Below, piece after piece: positions 11,178 to 20,801 of a stretch of DNA of 64,000 nucleotides (positions are counted from its first letter, which is position 1; the number at the start of each line of letters is the position of its first letter). The stretch lies in IMG/VR virus record IMGVR_UViG_3300044695_003767; one strand, written 5' to 3'. This DNA comes from a virus. Position numbers and translations under genes: made by a program. The notes under the pieces are model-generated. The model saw nothing but the letters and a program-made list of their open reading frames with translations, did not search any database and was not told where the DNA came from.

Positions 11178-11441
11178 ATGACTTTCCAACCCTACAACAT
11201 TGTTCCTGGAACCGACATTCTTCATAGTTTGACTGATGTTTATGAATTTTGTGATGAAGTAGAAGGAATGACTTATCGTGTAGAACTCAATGCTGATAAT
11301 GGTGGAGTTTACATTAAGTCCAGTGAAAAAGGACACGAAGAAGGTTCTAAAAACATCACCGAAGATATGTCTATCGGCAACAAACAACTTTCCATCGTTG
11401 TTGCTCGTCGTATTCTTGAACTTTATGGAGAACTGAAATGA
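11178..11441 (+). CDS. hypothetical protein
   Basis: First gene after promoter copy 4. Confidence 0.7.
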   Translation: MTFQPYNIVPGTDILHSLTDVYEFCDEVEGMTYRVELNADNGGVYIKSSEKGHEEGSKNITEDMSIGNKQLSIVVARRILELYGELK

Positions 11442-11638
11442 ATACAAAAGCACAAACAATCTGGAAAGTATTTTGTGAAGAACTGATTGTAGAACCCACA
11501 GATGATATGAGAGAAGCACTTGCGACTGCTGTTCGTGAGATTGTGAATGAGTTTCAATACTATCACTTTGGTGATGGTGAAGATATGGTAGTTGATGCTC
11601 GTGTTCTTTATGAACTTGCGGAGGAACTTGAGAAATGA
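11438..11638 (+). CDS. hypothetical protein, mosaic paralog
   Basis: N half matches 5462 ORF, C half matches 5635 ORF. Confidence 0.75.
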   Translation: MNTKAQTIWKVFCEELIVEPTDDMREALATAVREIVNEFQYYHFGDGEDMVVDARVLYELAEELEK

Positions 11639-12166
11639 ACGACGAAAAGAACCCTGATGAGATTGTCGTCAGGGACATTGATATGATACACTTTGAGATG
11701 ATGGATGATGGATTCCTCTGGTGCGGAATCTATCATAAGAATGGGCAGATTGACCACTTCAATATCACTGCAAAGAAAAACAAACTCTCTACACTCTGGA
11801 TGCCTAATTGTGGATAATACTATGAGATTTGAAAACCCAACAAAATGGGAACTTTTCCTTGATGGATTTCGTAATGTCCTGTATATTCTTGACTGTTATG
11901 ATGACGGTGATGAATGGGGTTATGGTGAGTTCTGGGAATCGTTGAGTATTGGATGGATGCAGATGGAAATTTATCCTTATGATGACCCCTACAACCTAAC
12001 TATCAGTCCAGAACGTAGGTTGAGATTAGGACAAGAACCAGAAAGGATTATTGTATCCGCAGAAGCATATGATGAACTTGTGCGACGAATCAATGAACCA
12101 CAAGACCCTGCTGTGGTGGAAAGAATTAAAGAACTTATGAGTCGCAAAGCACCGTGGGATGATTGA
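11635..12166 (+). other. two hypothetical CDSs (11635-11817, 11822-12166)
   Basis: Tiled ORFs. Confidence 0.6.
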
Positions 12167-12771
12167 TTATGACACTCATAACATATCCATTTCATTATCT
12201 CTATTTTGAGAATTTTTATTCCCAAGAAGAATTGGATTTAATATGGGAAGAATTGAATAGTTTATATGTTGAAGGTGATAAATTTTTATCACCAGATGAT
12301 ACTCATAGTGCCAAAGATGATAATGGAAATTATATAAAAGCAAATAGAGGTTTATGGTTAGAGGATAAATCATCCAATCTTTTTAATATCACAAAAAAAT
12401 TATATGATCCAACCATAATAAATCATCCATCATCTTGGTTTTTTAAAGACACTAATTTTAATAAGGATGTGACACTCATATCATATTATGATGACGATGA
12501 TTATTATGCTAAGCATAATGATTCATCCTACATTACTGCTTGTACTTGGTTATATAAAGAACCAAAGCAATTTTTGGGTGGAGAGTTTTGGTTCCCTGAT
12601 TATGATATAAAAGTTCCCTGTAAAAATAATTCCTGTATTATATTCCCGTCAAACATCTGGCATTCGGTTAAAAAAGTTTATCTACCAGATGAATATAAAA
12701 ATAAAGGATATGGTAGGTATTGTATAAGTCAATTTGTATCTGTAAATATTGGTAAAGATGTCTCTCAGTGA
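12163..12771 (+). CDS. 2OG-Fe(II) oxygenase
   Basis: HND, F.GGE, IIFPS..WH.V, GRY. Confidence 0.85.
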   Translation: MIMTLITYPFHYLYFENFYSQEELDLIWEELNSLYVEGDKFLSPDDTHSAKDDNGNYIKANRGLWLEDKSSNLFNITKKLYDPTIINHPSSWFFKDTNFNKDVTLISYYDDDDYYAKHNDSSYITACTWLYKEPKQFLGGEFWFPDYDIKVPCKNNSCIIFPSNIWHSVKKVYLPDEYKNKGYGRYCISQFVSVNIGKDVSQ

Positions 12772-13690
12772 TAAGGATAAAATATACTACAACGTATGGT
12801 CTTGTGCCTATCGTCGTCGATATGCTGCGAAACTCAAACAAGACTGGGAATTGTATGATCGTGAACATCAAACTTTACTGATGTGCCTTAAAATAGCAAA
12901 GTGGACAACATTTGATACAGAAAAAAGGAATTATTTAAAATGACTTCAACGTTTAAACAAACTTGTGATAAACCTTATGATCACCACGATTATAAGTTGG
13001 TTTATGAAGATGGTAAAAAGGTAATCTTTGATAATTATGAGGATGTCCAACTGACTTGGTTTCAAAATGGTGGACACTTTTTAAGTCATATTGAAGTTTT
13101 GGATAAAAAGAAAAGCAAGGGGTTCAAATGATGTTTAAATTGTTATGTGAGGACCATCACTACGGGTGGGTGGTGAATAGTCACTATGATTGGGTGAATA
13201 TGCTCACTAAGATGGAAAAGAAAAAACCACAAAGATTTGAAGAGTTTCAATACTCAAGAGCAACTATCTACCACTACCTAGATAGAATACAACAGGAGCA
13301 AAACCTTTACGACTAATGAACTTTACACCTGAACAATATAAACTCATCTACTCTGCCGTGCGAAGGTATCAGTATGATAAGACCGTACTGAACAGTAAAG
13401 AGTATCATACCTGCAGTGAGGTACTTGACGAACTGTTCGATTCCGTCTATACTCAACGTGTTGAGCAACCTACCTGATAAATTATGGGACGATCTAAAAA
13501 AGTTGAAGAGGTTACTCCAGAATTCAAGTATGATATGTTTCCAGTTATCATTGTCCACAAGGATGGTAAAGACCTAAAAGACACTAAGACTTGTTATTTT
13601 GACAATGAAGTTAATGCTAACAAGTACATTCAAAAATCAAAGTTCAAGAAAACCGATTACAAAATTTATATCAAAGGGCAAACAAAATGA
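12758..13690 (+). other. run of small hypothetical CDSs (12758-12943, 12940-13131, 13128-13316, 13316-13477, 13484-13690)
   Basis: Tiled ORFs. Confidence 0.6.
13425..13453 (+). promoter_or_regulatory. sigma70-like promoter
   Basis: TTGACG-17 nt-TATACT upstream of 13484 ORF. Confidence 0.65.
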
Positions 13691-13858
13691 CGACACGAAA
13701 TTTTATTGATAAAAACGGAAACTCTTGGGAATGGGAAGAAACTCCTGAAACTGTTGAGGCACTCAAACAACTTCATGGAACTGTAAAAAAAGCAAATGAA
13801 ATTAAGTTTGCTGGTAATTATCCTGGTCCTCTCTATGCTCCGCATCCAGATATAAAAA

Positions 13859-14368
13859 ATGTCTAATACAGATTTTAATATTAAAGAATACACAAGGAAA
13901 GTATTAAGTGAAGATTTTGTAAAAGAAAATAATAAAATTTTTAATTTATCTGATCAAAGTTACAAAGATTTTAAGATAGTAAAAAAATATATTTCATCGT
14001 TTCAGCAAAAAAATTTAGAGGATATTTCTTTTATTTTTTCTGAAGATGTTGTTTTGATTACTAATGGTCAAAAATTTATTGAACAAAAAAATGTAATTGA
14101 ACACTTAAAATCTATCATTGACAATTTCAATCCTAATGAACTACCAATTAAATCTAGAGACAGTTTTATTTCTGTTTCTATGGAACTTGGTGAGATTAAA
14201 AAAGATTGCCATGATGACGCAGAAGGTTGTTTATTTGCCATTCCTTGGGTGCATTTCTTTTCTTGTAGAATAATTTTAGAATACTATAATATTGAAAATA
14301 AATTAGACATCAATCATTCAATTAAGTTTGATGATAATGGCAAAATATGTGAAATAATCTTACATTGA
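13859..14368 (+). CDS. NTF2/SnoaL-like protein
   Basis: VKKYISSFQQKNLEDISFIFSEDVVL...IKFDDNGKI pattern; very AT-rich gene. Confidence 0.55.
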   Translation: MSNTDFNIKEYTRKVLSEDFVKENNKIFNLSDQSYKDFKIVKKYISSFQQKNLEDISFIFSEDVVLITNGQKFIEQKNVIEHLKSIIDNFNPNELPIKSRDSFISVSMELGEIKKDCHDDAEGCLFAIPWVHFFSCRIILEYYNIENKLDINHSIKFDDNGKICEIILH

Positions 14369-14376
14369 AACATAAT

Positions 14377-15390
14377 ATGGAAAAGAAACTGATTGATGAT
14401 TGCTTTTATGTGGAGCAAAAAAAGTATGGACTCTGGTATTCAACTGACAAAGATGGTAACGGACTTATCACATCTCTCACTGAAGAGCAATGTATCCAAG
14501 CAACCCGTTTTTATCTTAAAGGACGGCAGGAAGGTTTCTCTGAATCCAAAACTTATGAAGGTGAGGTAGGTGGAAAACTCTGATTATCCATATCACGTAT
14601 TAGATCCTACAACTCCTTGGTATGAGTGGTTGTGCTACTGTGAAATATGTCATCAGTTAGATATTCAAGGACAACCAAACTGGAATCGTTTTATGAGATA
14701 TAGAAATTATTTGAAAGAGGTTGGTGTATTATGATTATGACTGATCCTTATTGGTTTCATAAAAAGTGGGGACTTAAACCAGAAGTTCCAATGGATGATG
14801 TCTATGATCGTCTGGTTGAACTTGAAGATAAAGTTAGAAAGTTAGAAGAAGAGAATGTAGAACTAATTAATGAACTTTATCGTATGGAAAATTCTCTTGA
14901 TGCTCGCATAGATATTCTTGCCGAGCATATGAGAATTGATTACGATGTATGATTTAGACGACTTCGAAAAAGCACTTGCACATTTTGGAACCAGAGTTGA
15001 TATAATCATTGCACTGGAAATGGGAGGAAAATTAGATGCTGACATTGCTTACAAAAATATTAAAACTGAACTTAAAGAACTCAAAAGAATCAGAAAGTCT
15101 ATCAAAAAAGACAAGGATTTGTGATAAATGTGGTGAAGAAAAACCATTGAATGCTGATAACTTTCAAAAAGTAAAACATTTTCGTGAAGGATACTCTTAT
15201 TACTGCAATGAATGCTCAAAACCAAAATCCAGGGAATGACTCCCTAAAAATAACACAAAATGAGGATGGATCCTTCACAATGGACTGGGACAAGGAAGAC
15301 CCAAATTGGAAGTGGCTCAATGGGTTGACTTCTAAGGAAATTCAGGTTATTATGCAACAAGCAATCGAGGATTATCTCAATGACCTCTGA
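14377..15390 (+). other. run of small hypothetical CDSs (incl. 14377-14583, 14731-14952, 14945-15124 and a CxxC..CxxC ORF ending 15239)
   Basis: Tiled ORFs; starts uncertain. Confidence 0.55.
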
Positions 15391-15979
15391 CTTTGATTAT
15401 AAAAAGTATTCTCTTGAAAAACTTGAAACTTGGGTAAGAGATTCTCTGACTAGTGCAGAAGCAAGCCCACAAGAAATATACAATACCATTAAGGGTGTTG
15501 TAGATGAAGAATATCATTACTTCAAGCATTATACTGGTCGTTGCTATGAACTTCTTGCTCTTCTGAATGGTAATGGTAAGGGTCATATTACAGCATACGA
15601 TGAATATGTTGAGAAAAAAGAAAATCTTGTATGTGATAAGGAAGATCCATCACCCGAATGTAAAAACTCTTGGACTTCCTTCTGGGAAGAGTATTTTTAC
15701 CCAGAAGAAGTAAAGGATGATGGTATGCATCCTTGGGGGCATAGTGATTTGGAATATCAAGGTTCAACTGTGAGTAGTGTAAAACAAGATAAAGTGAAGA
15801 AGTGGGTTCTTCCCGTTGAAGTAAGTGATGATTTAGAAGATTATATTGTATCTTTCCCTGATGATCTTTTGGAAGCAGCAAATCTTAAAGAAGGAGATCA
15901 AGTGGAGTGGGCAGATCAGGGCGATGGGTCTTATCTTCTCCGTAAGGTAATACAACCACTGGGAATGGATGACTGTTAA
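15380..15979 (+). CDS. protein with C-terminal AbrB/MazE-like DNA-binding domain
   Basis: IVSFPDDLLEAANLKEGDQVEW. Confidence 0.7.
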   Translation: MTSDFDYKKYSLEKLETWVRDSLTSAEASPQEIYNTIKGVVDEEYHYFKHYTGRCYELLALLNGNGKGHITAYDEYVEKKENLVCDKEDPSPECKNSWTSFWEEYFYPEEVKDDGMHPWGHSDLEYQGSTVSSVKQDKVKKWVLPVEVSDDLEDYIVSFPDDLLEAANLKEGDQVEWADQGDGSYLLRKVIQPLGMDDC

Positions 15980-17014
15980 TGTTTGAATTTTTATTATGTG
16001 GGTATAATATAGTTTGCCATCTTAATACTATTGAATCAAAAATCAATAATTCAAAATATCAAAAAGATGTAGAACAACTCTGTTACTACTTTGAAGGGCA
16101 AGATGTAAATTTACCTGATTATTGTTTTTATAAACCTGAAATTAAAAAACCTAGAAGGAGAAGTGAATTCTAATGGCACTATCACAATCTGTTGAAGAGT
16201 CTTTGAAAGAAGCAGAAGCAGCACTACGCAATGCACTAGCATATGCTGCACGTCAAGAACGCCCGATGGTTTGCAGTGTGATCGCAGATCTTATCAGTCG
16301 CATTGAATCATTGCAAAGCACTGAGGCAATTCTTGATAAGTTAGAGAACCGTAAATCGGGAGACTCTGGATTTTTTGGAAATATTTTTGGAGAATAATGA
16401 CTGAACCCAACGAACTTGGTAAAGCACTACAAGAATGGTGGGATTCTGATGCCTGCAAACAACTTCAGAAAGATCTTGAGGAAGGAAAACAACGTGCAGT
16501 AGGAAAGTATTTTATGCTTTCCGAAGAGGACAAACTTGATATGGTTCAGGCAATCTGCTACATTATGTGTAAGGCAGAAAGTGAAGGAACCAGTCATCGT
16601 GGTCTTCAAGATACACTGGGAATCTATCCTGCTGGTTTCTGGATTGATAATCTTATGGATGTTCATAATGCTCTTTGGTCTTACTATCACGACCAAAAAA
16701 AGGAAAAAGAACTTAAAGATGACCTAGACAACCTTGAAGATTTCATTAAGTAATGTAACGTGATCCCAAAGAAAACATTAAGTTTCTAGATAGTAATGTA
16801 TTGAAATGCTAATATTGGGAAATATCGCAAGAAACCTATGACTCTAGCAAAAACTGGCACCGAAGTTCTTACAAAAGAAGAGTGGAATGAACTTGTTGCA
16901 CTTAAGGACGCAATCACCTATGCTCCACAGACAGTTTCTGCTGAAAAAATGGAAAAATTTGCAGAATTGATGGTTAGATCTCTTGAAGGTAAAGGTGATT
17001 GCACTCCACGGTAA
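15979..17014 (+). other. hypothetical CDSs (15979-16173, 16173-16397, 16397-16753, 16838-17014)
   Basis: TAATG overlaps, tiled. Confidence 0.65.
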
Positions 17015-17041
17015 AATAAATACAACAACCGATATAAAAAG

Positions 17042-17254
17042 ATGGATAATATTAATCAACATATTCAGAAAGATGAAGAGATTCTGAATGATCCAATGAT
17101 TTCTCCACAAGCAAGGAGACATACTGAAGAAGAATTAGAAGCATTGAAGGCATATAAGGAAAATCACCCACAAGATTCTCACGATCCCACACCATTGGAA
17201 CTTTATTGTGATACTCATCCTGATGCACCAGAATGCAGAGTCTATGAGGATTGA
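17042..17254 (+). CDS. cp12: CP12 Calvin-cycle inhibitor
   Basis: C-terminal LELYCDTHPDAPECRVYED signature; late-like AATAAATA at 17015-17022. Confidence 0.93.
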   Translation: MDNINQHIQKDEEILNDPMISPQARRHTEEELEALKAYKENHPQDSHDPTPLELYCDTHPDAPECRVYED

Positions 17255-17312
17255 GGACAGTTAGTAAACTGGCACACAGAGGGTTCTCAGGGCACTGGGG
17301 ACCCCTTATAAT
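17254..17312 (+). promoter_or_regulatory. dyad + hairpin + -10 early-type promoter, copy 5
   Basis: AGGACAGTT-AGTA-AACTGGCAC, hairpin GGGTTCTCAG/CTGGGGACCC, TATAAT after 31 nt. Confidence 0.85.
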
Positions 17313-17337
17313 ATGTGGGTAATCAACAAATGCCCCA

Positions 17338-17724
17338 ATGGCAACTCGTTCCCGCATCGGTCTTGAACTTGCTGATGGTTCTATCCTGTCTGCCTATCAC
17401 CACTGGGATGGATATGAGTCTTGGTTGGGTCGCATTCTTCGCACCCACTACAACAGCAAAGAACTTGCTGCCGAACTGATTGATGGTGGTGATATGAGCA
17501 CCTGCTGGAATGATGACAATCAACCTGAGTATTATAGTGCTCGCGGTGAGAATTGCCCTCCTCGCCTTGATGCTGACTTGTGCGAATATCTTCTGCCTGA
17601 TAATAGCGAAGAGTATGCATATGTCTTCCGCAGTGGTGAATGGGTCTGCTATAATATGCATCAGTTTGATGATAGCAAACTGCCCGAAGTTGTTGAAATC
17701 CCCTCTGCTGCCCTTGCTGTTTAA
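17338..17724 (+). CDS. conserved phage protein (HWDGY motif)
   Basis: MATRSRIG...YHHWDGY...EEYAYVF. Confidence 0.8.
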   Translation: MATRSRIGLELADGSILSAYHHWDGYESWLGRILRTHYNSKELAAELIDGGDMSTCWNDDNQPEYYSARGENCPPRLDADLCEYLLPDNSEEYAYVFRSGEWVCYNMHQFDDSKLPEVVEIPSAALAV

Positions 17725-17739
17725 TTTTTGAGGTAAATT

Positions 17740-18144
17740 ATGAAACCCGACAATACTCTTCGTAACGCTAGTATCATTGGCGTTTCTTTTCTTTTGAGTC
17801 TGATGATTATCAATGCAGTTGTTGGACCTCTCTATAATGTGTGGGCACAATCTTTGCAAGGTAAAGCTGAACTGCAAAAAGCAGAATATACACGACAGGT
17901 TGCAGTGCTGGAAGCACAAGCAAAGAAAGATAGTGCCCAACAACTTGCTGATGCTGAAGTGATTCGTGCTCAAGGTGTTGCTAAAGCAAACCAAATCATT
18001 GGTAATTCGCTGAAGGACAATCGTGAGTATCTCCAGTATCTGTATATCACTGGTCTTGAAGAAGGTTCTAACAAAGGTAATGTGACCATCTATGTTCCTA
18101 CTGAAGGTGGGATGCCTGTCCCTACATTGCAAATGAATAAGTGA
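17740..18144 (+). CDS. membrane protein, SPFH/band-7-like coiled-coil tail
   Basis: TM helix, Ala-rich AEV/AKA coil, YLQYL...IYVPTE. Confidence 0.65.
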   Translation: MKPDNTLRNASIIGVSFLLSLMIINAVVGPLYNVWAQSLQGKAELQKAEYTRQVAVLEAQAKKDSAQQLADAEVIRAQGVAKANQIIGNSLKDNREYLQYLYITGLEEGSNKGNVTIYVPTEGGMPVPTLQMNK

Positions 18145-18197
18145 CGGTTTAAAAACTGGTACAAGACCCACCCAAAAGGTGGGTTTTCTGCTATAAT
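18141..18197 (+). promoter_or_regulatory. dyad + hairpin + -10 early-type promoter, copy 6
   Basis: GTGACGGTT-TAAA-AACTGGTAC, hairpin ACCCACC/GGTGGGT + T-run, TATAAT after 29 nt. Confidence 0.8.
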
Positions 18198-18220
18198 ATT
18201 CTTGTAATTGAGGGTTTCTT

Positions 18221-18346
18221 ATGGATCTGTCTGAACTGATTGAAGAACTGCGGGAAATCGAAATCTATGGTTCTGAACCAGCAGATTGGATGGGATTCCT
18301 GGGTGATGACGACTCCTGGGTGCCAGATCATGAACTGGCATACTGA
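18221..18346 (+). CDS. 41-aa acidic protein forming a one-gene cassette
   Basis: MDLSELIEELREIEIYG...; between dyad copies 6 and 7. Confidence 0.6.
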   Translation: MDLSELIEELREIEIYGSEPADWMGFLGDDDSWVPDHELAY

Positions 18347-18378
18347 CCCTCAGAGACCCCTCTAGGATGCCCTATAAT
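18320..18378 (+). promoter_or_regulatory. dyad + -10 early-type promoter, copy 7
   Basis: GTGCCAGAT-CATG-AACTGGCAT, TATAAT after 31 nt. Confidence 0.8.
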
Positions 18379-18399
18379 AAGCACATACGCAACCAACCG

Positions 18400-18750
18400 A
18401 TGACTGCCACCTTTGCCGACTACGTTGCCCAGCAAGACGCAAGGAACACTATTCAGTTGAATGTTACCAAGTGGACTTTGATGCTGTGTGATGCTCTCCG
18501 TGATAATGGTCCCGATGATTATGACTTTACCTTTGAGTCTGGTCGTAAGTATCACAAAATCATTATGATTGATTCTGCTGGTGGACGTAGTGTTCACGCA
18601 TTTGTGGATCGTAAGACTGGTGAAGTCTACAAATCTGCATCTTGGAAGTCTCCTGCCAAAGGTGTTCGATATGATCTTCGCATCATTGAGCAACGTGAAT
18701 GGTTGCTTGAAAATGCAGACTGGGCAGGTTCTTATTTGTACGCAAAGTGA
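18400..18750 (+). CDS. conserved phage early protein
   Basis: GRKYHKI...VHAFVD..TGEVYKSASWKSPAKGVRY. Confidence 0.75.
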   Translation: MTATFADYVAQQDARNTIQLNVTKWTLMLCDALRDNGPDDYDFTFESGRKYHKIIMIDSAGGRSVHAFVDRKTGEVYKSASWKSPAKGVRYDLRIIEQREWLLENADWAGSYLYAK

Positions 18751-18758
18751 TTAGCACA

Positions 18759-18986
18759 ATGAACGACACAATTAACGAACTGACCGTCACTAAGTCTCTC
18801 CGTCTTCTGTGTAACGGTTTCAAATCAGAGTTTGCCACATCTGTGTTTGCAGATGAACGAACGATTGAACTTTTGAGTCAACTTGCAAGTGAGTTTGTGG
18901 ATGCAAACATTCCTGTCGTTGATGATCATAATCAAATGGAACTTGCTATGATGCTACTGGAATCTCTGGATATTATTGCTCGATGA
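18759..18986 (+). CDS. hypothetical protein
   Basis: Tiles. Confidence 0.65.
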   Translation: MNDTINELTVTKSLRLLCNGFKSEFATSVFADERTIELLSQLASEFVDANIPVVDDHNQMELAMMLLESLDIIAR

Positions 18987-19044
18987 CTGCTAGAGACAAA
19001 CTCATCTTCATCTCTTCGTTCATTTATTTCTTGCACTGGGGGCA

Positions 19045-19521
19045 ATGTCTTACTTTGAAATGTCTGGATATGGTTACTCTAAACGTACCTGTCAGGATGT
19101 TACCACTTGGTTTCTGAATAAGTTCCTTCCACGCCATAAGATTGAGGTGGAGATTCGTCACCGTGGTCTGCGTCGTGAACAAGTTTATGGTTACTGTGAT
19201 TATGTGGGAGAATCTTATCGTCCTCGTGAGTTTTTGATTGAACTCAACACCTATATGTGTGAGGAGTTGTATATAAAAACTCTTTTACACGAACTGGTCC
19301 ACCTGCGGCAGTGGGTAGTCGGTTCACTGCGGGTCCGTCGTGGAAAAATGTGTTATGGTAAACAATGTGTTGAAGATTATGAGTATTGGTATCAGCCCCA
19401 CGAAATAGAGGCACGGGAGCAAGAAGAAACCCTATATCTTGAGTACCTAATTGAGAAGCAAGGTGTGCCAGATCCCAAAGTGGCACAGTTCTTCCCGAAC
19501 CGCCTGCTGCAGGCAGTATAA
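19045..19521 (+). CDS. zincin-type (HExxH) metallopeptidase-like protein
   Basis: TLLHELVHLRQ plus downstream PHEIEA; start uncertain. Confidence 0.75.
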   Translation: MSYFEMSGYGYSKRTCQDVTTWFLNKFLPRHKIEVEIRHRGLRREQVYGYCDYVGESYRPREFLIELNTYMCEELYIKTLLHELVHLRQWVVGSLRVRRGKMCYGKQCVEDYEYWYQPHEIEAREQEETLYLEYLIEKQGVPDPKVAQFFPNRLLQAV

Positions 19522-19522
19522 T
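19465..19522 (+). promoter_or_regulatory. dyad + -10 early-type promoter, copy 8
   Basis: GTGCCAGAT-CCCA-AAGTGGCAC, TATAAT after 30 nt. Confidence 0.85.
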
Positions 19523-19546
19523 ACAAAGGTAATCAAGGGAACCACG

Positions 19547-19708
19547 ATGGTCACCGACACAACGCAAGATCAACAGATCCGCCGCACCATTCAGAAAACG
19601 ATTGAAAATGAAATGCCTCTTCAACTTCTGAAGCGTATTGTTTATGAGGTGCGCTGTGAAGAACTGGGCATCCGCCCCGATGGTTGGAAACTTTATCCCG
19701 AAAACTGA
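19547..19708 (+). CDS. hypothetical protein
   Basis: First ATG after promoter copy 8. Confidence 0.6.
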   Translation: MVTDTTQDQQIRRTIQKTIENEMPLQLLKRIVYEVRCEELGIRPDGWKLYPEN

Positions 19709-19877
19709 GGAGAAATTAAATGAGTCATTACTGGACTACAAAACTGAATAATGCAACCAGTCGTCGTTTGGAAAAACTTGAAAAAGAAAACGTTCTAATC
19801 AATACAAATACTCATCAAGGACGCAAAGTAATCGGTTACAATTATCTTGAACTTGTATTTGAAGAATCTAACGAAGA

Positions 19878-20192
19878 ATGATTGAAACTTTGATTGCTGG
19901 TCTAACCTGTGGTATTGCTACATTTTATGGAATGGGTGATGGTTTCCACGGGCAACGCACTGCAAATGGAGAACGATTTAATGCTTATCGTTGGACTGCT
20001 GCTCACCCTTACCTTGCTATGGGAAGTAAAATTAGGGTTACAAATCAAGACAATGGGAAACAAGTAATTGTAAGAGTTAATGATCGTGGACCCTATTCCC
20101 ACGCTGACCTGGATCTAAGTTATGCTGCATTTTCTCATATTGAATCAACTAATAAAGGAAATGCTACTGTTTGTTGGAGAGTAATTGGATGA
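19878..20192 (+). CDS. rlpA: RlpA-like double-psi beta-barrel lytic transglycosylase
   Basis: TANGERFN..TAAHPYL..GSKIRVTN..NGKQVIVRVNDRGPY..DLSYAAF. Confidence 0.88.
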   Translation: MIETLIAGLTCGIATFYGMGDGFHGQRTANGERFNAYRWTAAHPYLAMGSKIRVTNQDNGKQVIVRVNDRGPYSHADLDLSYAAFSHIESTNKGNATVCWRVIG

Positions 20193-20560
20193 AAAAACTT
20201 CTTCTTGCTGCTGCAATTTTTATCTCTTTTCCTGCCTTTGCTCAAGAAATTAAAACATATCGACCATTTCGATATGAAACACCCTGCCTCTTGGAGCAAG
20301 GTATTCAAACCTATCCCGATACCTGTGTAGTAATTGAAACTAGAGAAAAAGGTGGAGCACTTCGCACCCGCAACATTTACTCCAACAAATATGCTCTTAC
20401 TATCAAAGGAAGATTTGATAAGGAGAAAGGATATATGACCTGGGATAGCCATAATAAGTTTGAATACAAGTGGGATTATAAAGTTGGTGGAAATGATGGT
20501 CTTGGTGTCTGGACTTATGTGATGCCTGGTTTTCTTGTTCAAAATGTATCTTGGGACTAA
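20189..20560 (+). CDS. exported hypothetical protein
   Basis: Signal peptide MKKLLLAAAIFISFPAFA. Confidence 0.7.
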   Translation: MKKLLLAAAIFISFPAFAQEIKTYRPFRYETPCLLEQGIQTYPDTCVVIETREKGGALRTRNIYSNKYALTIKGRFDKEKGYMTWDSHNKFEYKWDYKVGGNDGLGVWTYVMPGFLVQNVSWD

Positions 20561-20769
20561 TGACAATGACTGAAACAAATGTACAACTGAATGTTCAAGA
20601 AATTGGTATAATTCTATCCGCACTTCAATTGCTTGAGATTAGGGAAGAAAACCGAATCGCAAGGGAGTATGGAAGTGTGCCAGCACTGTATAATAAACTT
20701 TATACGGTCTTTGAGCAAATGGACACTTCGCAAACTGGTCTACGGTACGACGTGGTGCCGTCCTTCTGA
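20560..20769 (+). CDS. hypothetical protein
   Basis: Tiles. Confidence 0.6.
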   Translation: MTMTETNVQLNVQEIGIILSALQLLEIREENRIAREYGSVPALYNKLYTVFEQMDTSQTGLRYDVVPSF

Positions 20770-20777
20770 CCTATAAT
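20720..20777 (+). promoter_or_regulatory. dyad + hairpin + -10 early-type promoter, copy 9
   Basis: TGGACACTT-CGCA-AACTGGTCT, TATAAT after 30 nt; TATAATACAAAGGTAATC shared with copy 8. Confidence 0.75.
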
Positions 20778-20801
20778 ACAAAGGTAATCGGGACACACCC
20801 A

